Of a stretch of 64,000 bases of DNA, positions 26,895-37,279 are shown piece by piece. This stretch comes from a virus. Every line of letters starts with the position of its first letter. Positions within the stretch are counted from its first letter, which is position 1. The position numbers were made by a program, and so were the translations under genes. The stretch spans positions 1-64,000 of IMG/VR virus record IMGVR_UViG_3300017917_001903; one strand, written 5' to 3'. The notes under the pieces were generated by a model. The model had not been told where the DNA came from and searched no databases. It worked only from the letters and a program-made list of their open reading frames with translations.

Positions 26895-27920
26895 TTAGCC
26901 TTTTTGCTGTGCATGTTCGTAGAGTGCAAAACTAGCAAGATTCTTGGCCTTGCTTTCGCACATGATATCAAAGTTGTCGCGGAAGGTTAAGGCCCAGTCG
27001 TTAACTGCACTGTTCCAGTAGTAGTCGCTGTGTGCGCGAAGTTTTGCTTTCTTATGCCCTTGTGCAAGCAGTGTGTCTAAGCACGGGCGGCTGACACGGC
27101 AGGCATCAGGTAGTTGGTCTTCTCTGCTGACACTATAATGTATGACAGGACGCACACCACGCCAACTATCAATAACCCTTTTAACACGGTCGTCATTTGC
27201 ATCTATGTACTCTCCATTTCTAATCCAGTGGTGGTGAATGTCCAGTACCAGCGCACAGTGGTCTACAAGCTCTAGGCTCGAATTGAGACCCCAGGACATT
27301 TCGTCGTTTTCGATTGTGAGGGTGTTTCTTGCTTCGGTGCTGAGTCTTGGGATAACTCGCTTGATACCCTCGGGGCCTTGGCGACCCGCGATGTGGACGT
27401 TGATTTTAAAGTCCTGAAACGATTTACCATACCCCATCCATCGCGCCATATCTGCATGGTATTCAAATTCCTCTATACTGCGGTCAACAATGTCTGGAGT
27501 GTCGCTTGCAAGTACACAAAATTGTCCGGGGTGAAAACTAAGTCGGACGCCGGTGTTTCGAGCGAGCTCACCAATAGCTGCAAAACGAGGTACCATAGCA
27601 TCAATGACATCCACACGATTCCAAAAATAAGACCAGCTAGGCTCAGTATAAACGGGAAGAATATCACTGCCAAGACGCACCATGCGAAGATCTTCAGGTA
27701 ACGTGGAAACATACTCAACTAATCTCCTTGCCGATTCAGTGTTATGTAACATAATATCCCAAAGACGCTGTTCGGCATCATCCCGGGATTGTCTATTTAA
27801 CCAGGCTACAGTTGTAGCTTTGGTGTTTAGAGGACGCTGTAATTCCTCTAAAATACGTTTGGGCTGACTCTGATCTGGGTGCATATATTTACATGCAAAA
27901 CCAATGCGTTTAACTGTCAT
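26895..27920 (-). CDS. uvsE: UV damage endonuclease
   Basis: RIGFAC, RLSFHPGQF, IENDE, LDIHHH. Confidence 0.9.
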   Translation of the reverse strand: MTVKRIGFACKYMHPDQSQPKRILEELQRPLNTKATTVAWLNRQSRDDAEQRLWDIMLHNTESARRLVEYVSTLPEDLRMVRLGSDILPVYTEPSWSYFWNRVDVIDAMVPRFAAIGELARNTGVRLSFHPGQFCVLASDTPDIVDRSIEEFEYHADMARWMGYGKSFQDFKINVHIAGRQGPEGIKRVIPRLSTEARNTLTIENDEMSWGLNSSLELVDHCALVLDIHHHWIRNGEYIDANDDRVKRVIDSWRGVRPVIHYSVSREDQLPDACRVSRPCLDTLLAQGHKKAKLRAHSDYYWNSAVNDWALTFRDNFDIMCESKAKNLASFALYEHAQQKG

Positions 27921-28173
27921 GTTTATTTCTCATCAAATCAAGGGCGGTGTCAATAGCGGCATCGTGGCGTTTATTATGGTCAAACTCGTTAATGTCTATT
28001 ACAGACTTTGTTAGGCTGCTAATACAGTATACTAGCATACTGGTTAAATCAGCAATAGATGCGCCCGAAATAACCAAATCATGTTTGGCTACAGGATTTA
28101 GATCTTCATCAAATTCAACAAGATATACACCGTATGTGCCAGTATCGTGTACAATTCTATAGTCTGTGATCAT
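27910..28173 (-). CDS. hypothetical protein
   Basis: coupled ORF. Confidence 0.65.
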   Translation of the reverse strand: MITDYRIVHDTGTYGVYLVEFDEDLNPVAKHDLVISGASIADLTSMLVYCISSLTKSVIDINEFDHNKRHDAAIDTALDLMRNKHDS

Positions 28174-28257
28174 AGTTTTATTGTACGACTAAACTTGAGT
28201 TTTGTCAACCAACATTTGATAAATATGTTTATAAAACTTACCTTAATGGAGAATGCT

Positions 28258-28884
28258 GTGGTAGCACCTGTCAATAACAAAATCAAAAAATACAACTTAG
28301 CAGGTTTAAATGCTAATGTTGAATTAGGCAAACAAGGTTCATATATTTCAGGCAACGCTAGCGCGATTGGTTTCTATACCAGCGCAGGCGCATTACAAAA
28401 GATTGCTATTGCTAACGCAACTGTAGGCAACGAAGCTGTTACAAAGGCACAATTAGATGCAGCCGCTGGCGAACTAGTACAGCATATTACTGTTGATGTT
28501 GATTACAACTCCGGTAGTGCTAACCTAGCAAGCATTGCAGCCGGTAGCAGAATTTTAAGTGTTACTGTTGATATTCCCGGTGCATGGGGCGGTACTGCTG
28601 ACAATACTACTACATTCATTGAAGTAGGTGATAGCAGTAACGGATCACGCTTTATCCGCGCACAGGACGTTGATGTATTGAAGGTAGGACAATACCACAG
28701 CCAATATCAATATGAATATACCAGTGCCGGCACATTAACATACAGTGTAACGCAAGGCAGTGCAAGTAGCGGTGCAGCTACAATTAGTGTTGTTCTAGCA
28801 AGTGACGCTGTAACTGTTACAGACTACGGTTCAATTAACCAAGCACAAAACAGCAACGGCGATTTAGGCAACATTACGCTTTAA
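28258..28884 (+). CDS. putative virion structural protein
   Basis: GATAAATA upstream, GGAGA RBS, G/S/A/T-rich, paralog of next gene. Confidence 0.7.
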   Translation: MVAPVNNKIKKYNLAGLNANVELGKQGSYISGNASAIGFYTSAGALQKIAIANATVGNEAVTKAQLDAAAGELVQHITVDVDYNSGSANLASIAAGSRILSVTVDIPGAWGGTADNTTTFIEVGDSSNGSRFIRAQDVDVLKVGQYHSQYQYEYTSAGTLTYSVTQGSASSGAATISVVLASDAVTVTDYGSINQAQNSNGDLGNITL

Positions 28885-28896
28885 TAGGAGACCAGC

Positions 28897-29430
28897 GTGG
28901 TAGACTCAGTAAAACAATACAACTTAGCTGGCGTAGCTGCTAATGTTGAGTTAGGCAAGCAAGGTCCTGTTATTGATGGCAGTAACGCTAGTGTAATTGC
29001 TTTCAAAGACAAAAACGGTAATGCTAGTGTAATTACAGTAGCGGCAGGCACAGATCCTACTCATGCTGTCACATTAGATCAACTAGGCGACATCAGCGGC
29101 AACGCACTATCTTATGTAACTACTACAGTTAACTACAATTCAGGTAATGTTGTTGTAGGAAACATTAGTGCAGATAGCTTTGTTCATAGTGTGAGCGTAG
29201 AAAAGGGTGCCGGTAACTGGGCCGGTGCTGATGCAAATACAGAAATCACTGTAGGCGATACAGGTAGTGCCACTAGATTGTTTAGTGGGTTTGATACTTC
29301 TATGCAGGTCACACTTGATACAAAATACAAGTATGCAAGCGCCGACACAATTAGTATTTTTGTTACACAGGGCGGCGCAAGTTCTGGTACTGCAAAAGTA
29401 ACTATTTGGTATTCAGGAACTATTAACTAA
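28897..29430 (+). CDS. putative virion structural protein
   Basis: shares YNLAG-ANVELGKQG with previous gene. Confidence 0.7.
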   Translation: MVDSVKQYNLAGVAANVELGKQGPVIDGSNASVIAFKDKNGNASVITVAAGTDPTHAVTLDQLGDISGNALSYVTTTVNYNSGNVVVGNISADSFVHSVSVEKGAGNWAGADANTEITVGDTGSATRLFSGFDTSMQVTLDTKYKYASADTISIFVTQGGASSGTAKVTIWYSGTIN

Positions 29431-30341
29431 TGAAAATATACGATATTCTAGAAGGCAAGGGCGAAAACCGCGAACTGTGGGATCGCATCAAATCAAAAGG
29501 TGTAGTGCCCAGCATCGATCGCGAACGTTACACTGACATGTCCGGTGAAGGACTAGAAGGTCCGTTCCGTATGAAGAACGGACAAGTATTGTACTACGAT
29601 CCAAAAGAAGGCAAGTACTATAATCGAGATACAGATATGTACGTTGACTACGATGACTATCGTGCAATGAATGAAGAAGATGCATACGACAAAGATGTTA
29701 AACCTTCTGGCAAGCCACATGATAAAGAAGCGGCTGCAAAACGTGCTAAGGCAGCGGCATTGGCAGCAGCTAAAAAAGCCAAAGAGCAAGGTATGGCGGA
29801 AGCTAGCGGCGACCAAGTTAAAAAAGTGTTTAAGAAAAATGGCGAGCCAGTAGGCGAAGTTGGTATTGATCCAGAAGCAAGTCCTGGTAACGGTCAATGG
29901 TACATGAAGTGCTATGCTTACAATATAGACAATTCAGGCTACGACTCATACGAAGAAGCTGTAGAAGAATTAAAATATTGTTTAAAGCAAGGTGTAGCCG
30001 AAGGCGACAAGCGTCCAGACTACGTAGTTAAAGCCAGCGACAAACCAAAGAAGGTTAAGCCAAGCATGGGCGGATCAAGCCCCCATCCTTATCAGGGCAA
30101 GCTAGTAGGTGCCACAGAAGCAGAAGTTGGTAGCACAGACTATCAATGGACACACGGTAAAAAGCCAAGTGGTCAAGGTAGCTGGTTCTTTGTTGCACAT
30201 CGTGGCGGTGTTAACTTCTACAAAGATGTAGAGGGTGAAGATTACATTCAGCTACATGGCATGAGCTACGGAGAAGCAAAGAAAGCAGCCATCAAGTGGG
30301 CAAAGTCCAAAGGACACACAAGCCTATTTGTAGGAACCTAA
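29430..30341 (+). CDS. putative head-packaged modular protein
   Basis: MKIYDILE start; modules separated by GMAEA/GVAEG/GATEA. Confidence 0.6.
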   Translation: MKIYDILEGKGENRELWDRIKSKGVVPSIDRERYTDMSGEGLEGPFRMKNGQVLYYDPKEGKYYNRDTDMYVDYDDYRAMNEEDAYDKDVKPSGKPHDKEAAAKRAKAAALAAAKKAKEQGMAEASGDQVKKVFKKNGEPVGEVGIDPEASPGNGQWYMKCYAYNIDNSGYDSYEEAVEELKYCLKQGVAEGDKRPDYVVKASDKPKKVKPSMGGSSPHPYQGKLVGATEAEVGSTDYQWTHGKKPSGQGSWFFVAHRGGVNFYKDVEGEDYIQLHGMSYGEAKKAAIKWAKSKGHTSLFVGT

Positions 30342-30360
30342 CAATTTATTTTACAACACA

Positions 30361-30386
30361 ATGGGCCTTAATGGCCCATTTTTTTT
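30361..30386 (+). terminator. intrinsic terminator
   Basis: ATGGGCC-TTAAT-GGCCCAT plus T-tract. Confidence 0.85.
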
Positions 30387-30415
30387 CGCCGTAAGTAACA
30401 CACAGGAGTAGTAAG

Positions 30416-30565
30416 ATGGCAAAAAAATCACTAGGCGCTAATACAGCACCACACGTAAAGATTGAAAAAAGAACCAGCCAGGGTAGCAAAAACCCAAAGC
30501 CCAAGACCAGTTCAATGAATAAGCATAAACGCAGATCATTTAAGAAGTACCGAGGACAAGGCTGA
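30416..30565 (+). CDS. 49-aa basic peptide, not in ORF track
   Basis: AGGAG RBS; ends KKYRGQG. Confidence 0.7.
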   Translation: MAKKSLGANTAPHVKIEKRTSQGSKNPKPKTSSMNKHKRRSFKKYRGQG

Positions 30566-30584
30566 TCATAAGTATATTATACTT

Positions 30585-31865
30585 ATGGTTTCTGTTTATT
30601 ATAGTAATAACTCCACAGGCAATGAAGTTTACGATCTTTGTGTTTACAAAGACCCATCAACGTTGCCGTTCAATCTGCCGTTATATAACGGCAGCGGAAG
30701 ATACATCTATCCTATTCTCCTGAGCAGTCAAATTTGTACTAAATGGAATTCACACGTAACCGGTGCTGTTCCAAATATTGTTGAAAAAGAATTTGGCAGC
30801 TACGACAATTTTTTTATTGCCATTCCTGAAAAAGTACTCAGTGATGTTCGTAGCAACATTTGTAAAATTGTATTTGATTATTCCAACGAGCTAGCTGATG
30901 TTCTGCATGGTGCAGTTGGCGAATATGCTGTTCCTATCATTCAGAATACAATGAAAAAGTATAATCTGCATAAGGATCATGTTTTATTCTGTACAGGAAA
31001 CTACAAGTCGACCTGCGAACACGAATCATTTCATGTATGCATATTAAATGTATGCTGGCAAACTATACCTGTTAATCACCAACTAGTTGAAGAACAAAAA
31101 AAATTAATTTCTATATCGCATCAACGTAATAAAAAAATATTATGCTTGATGAGACTTCCGCATTCTCATCGTTTATTATTTGGGCAACTTATTCACAAGC
31201 ATCAGTTGTTATCAGATAACATAGTATCGTTGATGAATCCTAATCAAACAGTTAATATCAATGAAAAACTTTTCCTACAAAAAACACCATTCAACAAAGA
31301 ATTTATAGATAGCTTGCCATGGATTGCCGACATAGATCATAGAAATTATAAATTTGATCATAATAATATCTGGCAGCAAACTATTAAAGAAGTTCCTTGG
31401 TTTATTAATCGACCTGAGGAACAGCAACTATACTTGCAAACATACATGAACTGTGTGATTGAAACTGTGGTAGAAAGTACTACTGCCAGTTTAAATAATG
31501 TAGAGCTTGACTTTAGCGAAAAAACCTTTAAGCCAATTTCAACGCTGCAACCTTTTATAGTTTACGGACAACCAGGTATACTTAAATACCTAAGGGAACG
31601 CGGATACAAAACATTTGATCGTTGGTGGGACGAAAGTTACGATAGTACCTATCACACAAGATCTCGACAGTATATGGTATTTGAAATCTTTAAAAAATTC
31701 TCCAGCGCAAGTCATACTGAGCTTGCCAGTTTGTTAAATGAAATGTTGCCTGTACTAGAACATAACTTTGAACTGTTTGCTGATACTGTTGAGAATTATC
31801 GTTATCTAGATCATTTTAATCAAACCCTTAATACAATGTTTGGCAATTATGTACACAGCAATTAA
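30585..31865 (+). CDS. putative glycosyltransferase-like phage protein
   Basis: SEKTFKPI...GYKTFDRWWDESYD. Confidence 0.65.
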   Translation: MVSVYYSNNSTGNEVYDLCVYKDPSTLPFNLPLYNGSGRYIYPILLSSQICTKWNSHVTGAVPNIVEKEFGSYDNFFIAIPEKVLSDVRSNICKIVFDYSNELADVLHGAVGEYAVPIIQNTMKKYNLHKDHVLFCTGNYKSTCEHESFHVCILNVCWQTIPVNHQLVEEQKKLISISHQRNKKILCLMRLPHSHRLLFGQLIHKHQLLSDNIVSLMNPNQTVNINEKLFLQKTPFNKEFIDSLPWIADIDHRNYKFDHNNIWQQTIKEVPWFINRPEEQQLYLQTYMNCVIETVVESTTASLNNVELDFSEKTFKPISTLQPFIVYGQPGILKYLRERGYKTFDRWWDESYDSTYHTRSRQYMVFEIFKKFSSASHTELASLLNEMLPVLEHNFELFADTVENYRYLDHFNQTLNTMFGNYVHSN

Positions 31866-33036
31866 GCACACGCCTGGTCCAGCATCCGACGATAATTTTC
31901 GTTATTTGTATGATAAAAATCATTCGCCCGTATGGAAGCACTTTAGCGAGTACACCGGTAAAGGCAAATATCTTTATATCTACTTCATGCATAACGATGT
32001 CATGAGTAGAAAGAATGTGAGGAACATTTCTGTTGGTAAAGAAAATTACTTTTTACAACTTGATGATAAAATTGTCAATGACATAAAACATAATGTATGT
32101 AAATTAATATTTGAATACACTACTGAAGCACACGACTTTTTTTACAACACTGGCATAGATCTATCTTTGCACTATATACAGAATACAATTAAGCATTATG
32201 GGTTTGAAAAAGACCACGTGATTGTTTGCACAGGCAATTTAAAGGCACAGACTGAGAACTGGCCTTTCCATGCAACTGTACTTAATAGATGGTACCATTG
32301 TGAAGTTGCGCCAATGGGAAATAATTATGTTGAAACACAAACCCGTTTAATCAAAGAAAAAACTATTAGAAAAAACAAGCTATTATGTCTTATGCGTAAG
32401 GCACACTATCATAGACTATGGGCGGCAGAAAAGATATTTCTCAAAGGGCTAAAAGATGACAACTTAGTTAGTATGTCAGTTAACTCAAAGTTTGCCTGGC
32501 TTAAACAAAAATTTGACAATAACTTTATTGATTCGTTGCCCTGGCACTGTGATATTCCTACTACACAGGTGATACTGGATTTATTTAAACAGCCTGTATT
32601 TAATGTTGCAGAGAATCTGCACTTAGACACATATATAAATTTCACAGTTGAAACTTGGCTCGGGCATTCAGCTGTTGGGGATTGGGAATTAAATTTAACT
32701 GAAAAGGTTATTAAACCTATAGCAGCAATGCAGCCGTTCATACTAGCGTCCCAGCCACGTGCCCTAGAGTTTCTACGCGACGAAGGCTATAAAACGTTTG
32801 ATCGCTGGTGGGATGAAAGCTACGATACTGAGCTAGATCACTTCAGACGACTAGAATTGTGCGTTAACATTTTTGAGAAATTATCTGGTTTATCCCATAC
32901 TGAACTGGCACAAATGATGCACGAAATGCTGCCCGTGCTAGAGCATAATCAACAACTACATGCCGCTAAGTTCAAAGAACAACATAATTTTAAACAATTC
33001 CTAAATTTAGTGGACTATTGTTTCTCCACAAACTAG
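31840..33036 (+). CDS. putative glycosyltransferase-like phage protein, tandem paralog
   Basis: TEKVIKPI...GYKTFDRWWDESYD. Confidence 0.65.
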   Translation: MAIMYTAIKHTPGPASDDNFRYLYDKNHSPVWKHFSEYTGKGKYLYIYFMHNDVMSRKNVRNISVGKENYFLQLDDKIVNDIKHNVCKLIFEYTTEAHDFFYNTGIDLSLHYIQNTIKHYGFEKDHVIVCTGNLKAQTENWPFHATVLNRWYHCEVAPMGNNYVETQTRLIKEKTIRKNKLLCLMRKAHYHRLWAAEKIFLKGLKDDNLVSMSVNSKFAWLKQKFDNNFIDSLPWHCDIPTTQVILDLFKQPVFNVAENLHLDTYINFTVETWLGHSAVGDWELNLTEKVIKPIAAMQPFILASQPRALEFLRDEGYKTFDRWWDESYDTELDHFRRLELCVNIFEKLSGLSHTELAQMMHEMLPVLEHNQQLHAAKFKEQHNFKQFLNLVDYCFSTN

Positions 33037-33067
33037 ATAAATAGTTTTACTAAAAAAGGTACATGTC

Positions 33068-33469
33068 ATGAGAATTAACGATATTACTATTGTTGAAAGT
33101 CCGCAAGTAGGCGACTACTTTGATATAGAGTTAAACGAATCAGAGATAGCATCAACATGGATTCATTCTGTTAACGGCAATAATATTGTAATACACGCAG
33201 ACAATGAATTGTTTGAAGCTCTTACACAAGAAGCTGAATATCAAGGTCGCGACGTTCCGCTAGGTAAGCCTATGCAGGGCGATGTTAAGAAGTTTAAAGT
33301 ATATGTAAAAAATCCCAAGGGTAACGTAGTTAAAGTTAACTTTGGTGATCCTAATATGCGTATCAAGAAATCAAACCCCGCACGTCGTAAGAGCTTCCGT
33401 GCTAGACACAACTGCGACAATCCGGGTCCACGTCATAAAGCACGTTACTGGTCTTGCCGCAAGTGGTAA
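33068..33469 (+). CDS. conserved phage late protein (DUF6321-like basic domain)
   Basis: KVNFGD...RRKSFRARHNC...YWSCRKW; GATAAATA upstream. Confidence 0.75.
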   Translation: MRINDITIVESPQVGDYFDIELNESEIASTWIHSVNGNNIVIHADNELFEALTQEAEYQGRDVPLGKPMQGDVKKFKVYVKNPKGNVVKVNFGDPNMRIKKSNPARRKSFRARHNCDNPGPRHKARYWSCRKW

Positions 33470-34087
33470 ATGCTCAAACGGGCCAATACCCCCACTAGGT
33501 CAGACCCTATATGTTATCGCAGTGTAGATAACATAATTGTTACCGATTTCTATTACTACGACAAAGACGGGTTTGAGCTAAATCAGGCAGAGCAAAAATA
33601 TTATGCCGCAATGGGGCATCCTATAGATTATCCATGCTTGAATCATGTGTGCTGGCAAGAGCCTTGGTACTATTTAGAACCAAATGATTTACTGTTATTA
33701 GATCACAGTTTGGTCTTACATAGATGTAGATACGAAGGTGATGCAGCCAAGCAACTGCATGACATATCCAGATCAATACCATACGCACACTTACTATTGC
33801 AAACAAAACCTAAGTGGGGATTAGACTTTGCATTAGATGCAGTGTATGGAGACCACGTTTACGAAGTATTGCACATTGAATACGATAGCAGGGATTATGA
33901 TCAATTCTGTAATCAAAAAATAATACTAGAATATACTTTTAATCATATGGATTGGAATGATGCTGCCAGCCAGATATGGCAACATAGAAATGAATGGCAA
34001 CACCTTAAAGGTTACGATCAGAATCATTGGAAGGCCAAATATCTGCTGGGTTGGGACTACGCCGAACTTCTAGAAAAAGCAGGATAG
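33470..34087 (+). CDS. hypothetical protein
   Basis: 205-aa ORF. Confidence 0.75.
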   Translation: MLKRANTPTRSDPICYRSVDNIIVTDFYYYDKDGFELNQAEQKYYAAMGHPIDYPCLNHVCWQEPWYYLEPNDLLLLDHSLVLHRCRYEGDAAKQLHDISRSIPYAHLLLQTKPKWGLDFALDAVYGDHVYEVLHIEYDSRDYDQFCNQKIILEYTFNHMDWNDAASQIWQHRNEWQHLKGYDQNHWKAKYLLGWDYAELLEKAG

Positions 34088-34105
34088 CATCAATTAAATA
34101 GTGCT

Positions 34106-34666
34106 ATGGAATATGTTAGATTAATTGACACCAATATTGATGCTGACCTTCTCAAGGTTGAAGTATTTCAACTACTTAATAAACATTCACTGCTGGATAA
34201 ACAACAGATAAGTTTAACATCAATTACCGGTGACGATGACTGGGAGGCAGGTGTAGGGAAAATTGTAAATTTACCCAAACCCGAAAGACTATACAGTACA
34301 GTTATGCAATCTCTCAAGGGCACCTATATAGAGGAATGCATCCAACGCTACTCTAATTATTACAGGTGGCGATTATTAAAACTTGAAAGTCGTCAAACAT
34401 ATAGCGTACACTACGACGGCGACGGCGTTAATCAAAACTTTAGATTACACATTCCGGTAGTAACTAATCCAGATAGTTTCTTATGTTTTTTTGATCAACG
34501 TCCGCAGTCTGGCCAATCGGTTACACTAAGGCATGAGCATCTAACTGCCGGAAACAGCTATCGTGTAAACACAACCAATTATCATACGGCTGTTAATTAT
34601 GGACATGAAACCAGATATCACATTGTAGGAGTACGCTATGAAAATAGCAATAACAGGACACACTAA
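34106..34666 (+). CDS. 2OG-Fe(II) oxygenase (Asp/Asn beta-hydroxylase-like)
   Basis: HYD...RLHIPVVTN...HTAVN...RYHIV. Confidence 0.75.
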   Translation: MEYVRLIDTNIDADLLKVEVFQLLNKHSLLDKQQISLTSITGDDDWEAGVGKIVNLPKPERLYSTVMQSLKGTYIEECIQRYSNYYRWRLLKLESRQTYSVHYDGDGVNQNFRLHIPVVTNPDSFLCFFDQRPQSGQSVTLRHEHLTAGNSYRVNTTNYHTAVNYGHETRYHIVGVRYENSNNRTH

Positions 34667-35174
34667 AGGTATTGGTAAAGCAATTGCTGACTTATATTAT
34701 ACCGACGAAGTTGTAGGCTTTAGTCGTAGCAACGGATACGACATTGTTCATCCTGGTAATGTAGCACGAATAATTGCTGAAAGTGCCGAATGTGATATAT
34801 TTGTTAATAATGCTTATCACGACTTTGTTCAATGTGATTTGCTAGATGGGATATACGATTTATGGAAAAATGACCCAACTAAAACTATTGTTAACATCAT
34901 TAGCAGAGCACGTTATGGATTAGGCAAAGCAAAGTTCTATGGCCAGACTAAAATGGAATTATACAGCAAAGCTAAAACTATGATGTTTAGTGACAAACGC
35001 TGTCGTATTATTAACATTAATCCGGGTTATGTAAAAACAGATATGGTAGCACATGTACCTGACACTGTTAAGATGCTAACACCAGAACAGTTAGCAACTA
35101 TGATCAAATGGTGCTTAGACCAACCCCAAGGTGTTGAGGTTGGTGAACTAAGTGTTTGGTGTACTACTCTTTAG
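34638..35174 (+). CDS. short-chain dehydrogenase
   Basis: TGHTKGIG, VNNA, YGQTK. Confidence 0.85.
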   Translation: MKIAITGHTKGIGKAIADLYYTDEVVGFSRSNGYDIVHPGNVARIIAESAECDIFVNNAYHDFVQCDLLDGIYDLWKNDPTKTIVNIISRARYGLGKAKFYGQTKMELYSKAKTMMFSDKRCRIININPGYVKTDMVAHVPDTVKMLTPEQLATMIKWCLDQPQGVEVGELSVWCTTL

Positions 35175-35553
35175 CACAACTGCACTTGGCTTCGTAGTCG
35201 CTGATTGCTGCTTTAATAGCATCCTCAGCTAGTATTGAGCAATGTATCTTTACCGGGGGGAGTGCTAGTTCTTCTGCAATTTGGGTATTTTTGATTGTCT
35301 TAGCATCATCTAGTGTACGTCCTTTAACCCATTCTGTAACAAGACTTGAGCTTGCAATCGCTGATCCACAACCATACGTTTTAAATTTTGCATCAGTAAT
35401 AATACCATCTTCAACTTTAATTTGAAGCTTCATAACGTCGCCGCATGCTGGTGCACCAACCATACCTGTTCCCACTGACGGATCGCCCTTTTCAAAACTA
35501 CCAACATTTCGGGGATTTTCGTAGTGGTCAATGACTTGATTTGAATAAGCCAT
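35164..35553 (-). CDS. iscU: Fe-S cluster scaffold IscU
   Basis: GAPACGD, GCGSAIASS, LPPVKIHCS. Confidence 0.95.
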   Translation of the reverse strand: MAYSNQVIDHYENPRNVGSFEKGDPSVGTGMVGAPACGDVMKLQIKVEDGIITDAKFKTYGCGSAIASSSLVTEWVKGRTLDDAKTIKNTQIAEELALPPVKIHCSILAEDAIKAAISDYEAKCSCAKE

Positions 35554-35579
35554 AACCATCCTTTCTAAAGTGATACAAA

Positions 35580-35600
35580 TATTTATCACAGTGATAAATA
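35580..35600. promoter_or_regulatory. back-to-back late promoter palindrome
   Basis: TATTTATCAC-A-GTGATAAATA. Confidence 0.6.
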
Positions 35601-35605
35601 CTAAT

Positions 35606-37279
35606 ATGAACAAAGTCGTTATATACCCGGGTAGATTTCAGCCTATGCTGAGTCACCATGCTGAAGTATTCAAACAACTACATGCACAATTCCCCGATGC
35701 AGAAGTGTACATAGGCACTAGCGATAAAGTAGAAGCACCAAAGAGCCCTTTTAACTTTAAGGAAAAGCAAGCAATTGCAACAGCACACGGTATTCCTGCT
35801 AACCGCGTTTTGTCAGTAACACGCCCATACCATCAAGAAGATTATGCAAAGTATTTTGATCCTAATAGCACTATAATTATTTTCGCAGTTGGCGAAAAAG
35901 ATCTAGATCGTTTTCCGTTTAACAATGTAGACCCAAACACAGGCCTAGATATGACGGTGCGCGGCGAAGCTAGACCAAAGTACTATCAGAAGATAAATAC
36001 ACTAAAGGCAGATCCTCGTCCTATGAGTGAGCGCGGTTATATTACACTAGCGCCAACAATTATGACAGGGAATGAAGTTGCTAGTGCAAGTGCTTTTAGA
36101 GATGCTCTAAAGTCTGCTCCCGATAAAGAAGCAGCCAAAGCGGTTTTCCAAAAGCAGTTTGGACAGTATGACGACAAGATTTTTAACCTAATTTATAGCA
36201 AGGTAACAGGTGCAAATATGAGCGAACAAATTAATATTCTAAGAAAGCTAGCAGGTCTTCCAGTTGCAGAAGCAGCACCTGTTGAATTTGGTGCAAATGC
36301 AGATGCTAAGTCCGCAAAGTTTTTACCACCAAGCCCATCCAGTGCTAAGATGAGCATTGCTAACCGTTTCCCCAAAGGTGCAGACGTTAACGATCCTGCT
36401 ACCAAGCAAGAGCAGTTCATCCAGGCATTGCTACGCTCACCTGAAGCACTAATTTCAGAATTCAGCGAGCGCCTAGATCCTAAAGATGACAACAGCCTAG
36501 CAGTTGGCCAAAAGCTAAGTGATATTGTTCAGCTTATGAACCAAAAGGACATTGGTGTTTCAGGCCTACCAAAAGACCTAAAGCAGTTTGTACTAGACCT
36601 AACAGTTAATGCTGTCAAGAACATGGATCTAAGTGCCGGCGATACAAGCCCAGCATACAGCGACATGGACGACGAAGATGAGTTTAACAAAGAAAGTGTT
36701 GACCTATCAAACATCCGCGGCGAATATGGTATTGAAGAATCAAAGCCAGACTTCTTAGACCTAGATGATGATGGCAATGAAGAAGAATCAATGAAAGACG
36801 CGGCAGCTGATGCTGAAGAAGATGATGTAAAGGAAGGATTCAGCAGTGAAGCTGATCAAGTCTTAGCACAGTGCGGTTCAGGTGAACTAGATTGCTACGA
36901 TGTGATGACAAGACCACAAGGCCCTGCACAAGAAGAAGCAGCCAAAGTTATCCAAGATATGTATGACGAAGTATCAATTGATCATCACTTACACCCAGAC
37001 GACGACTTTGAGCAGATCCTAGATATTGTTGCAGACCAACTAGCGGATCAATATGGTGACAGCGACGAAGATACTCTTGAAGCTAAGAATCCGTATGCAG
37101 TTGGCATGGCATCTGCTATGAAGTCAACTGGGGACGAGCCACCACTCAAGAAGTCAACAATTAAGAAGGCACATAAGATTGCCAAAGCTGTTGCCAAGAA
37201 TGAAGCAGTTGACGAAACAGTAAACAATGCAATGAGTGCTGCTATGGCAGAACTACGCAAACTAGCAGGTTTAAGATAA
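35606..37279 (+). CDS. nucleotidyltransferase-like domain fused to acidic scaffold-like region
   Basis: YPGRFQP...HH, SPFNF, SAS; two LRKLAGL motifs. Confidence 0.7.
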   Translation: MNKVVIYPGRFQPMLSHHAEVFKQLHAQFPDAEVYIGTSDKVEAPKSPFNFKEKQAIATAHGIPANRVLSVTRPYHQEDYAKYFDPNSTIIIFAVGEKDLDRFPFNNVDPNTGLDMTVRGEARPKYYQKINTLKADPRPMSERGYITLAPTIMTGNEVASASAFRDALKSAPDKEAAKAVFQKQFGQYDDKIFNLIYSKVTGANMSEQINILRKLAGLPVAEAAPVEFGANADAKSAKFLPPSPSSAKMSIANRFPKGADVNDPATKQEQFIQALLRSPEALISEFSERLDPKDDNSLAVGQKLSDIVQLMNQKDIGVSGLPKDLKQFVLDLTVNAVKNMDLSAGDTSPAYSDMDDEDEFNKESVDLSNIRGEYGIEESKPDFLDLDDDGNEEESMKDAAADAEEDDVKEGFSSEADQVLAQCGSGELDCYDVMTRPQGPAQEEAAKVIQDMYDEVSIDHHLHPDDDFEQILDIVADQLADQYGDSDEDTLEAKNPYAVGMASAMKSTGDEPPLKKSTIKKAHKIAKAVAKNEAVDETVNNAMSAAMAELRKLAGLR

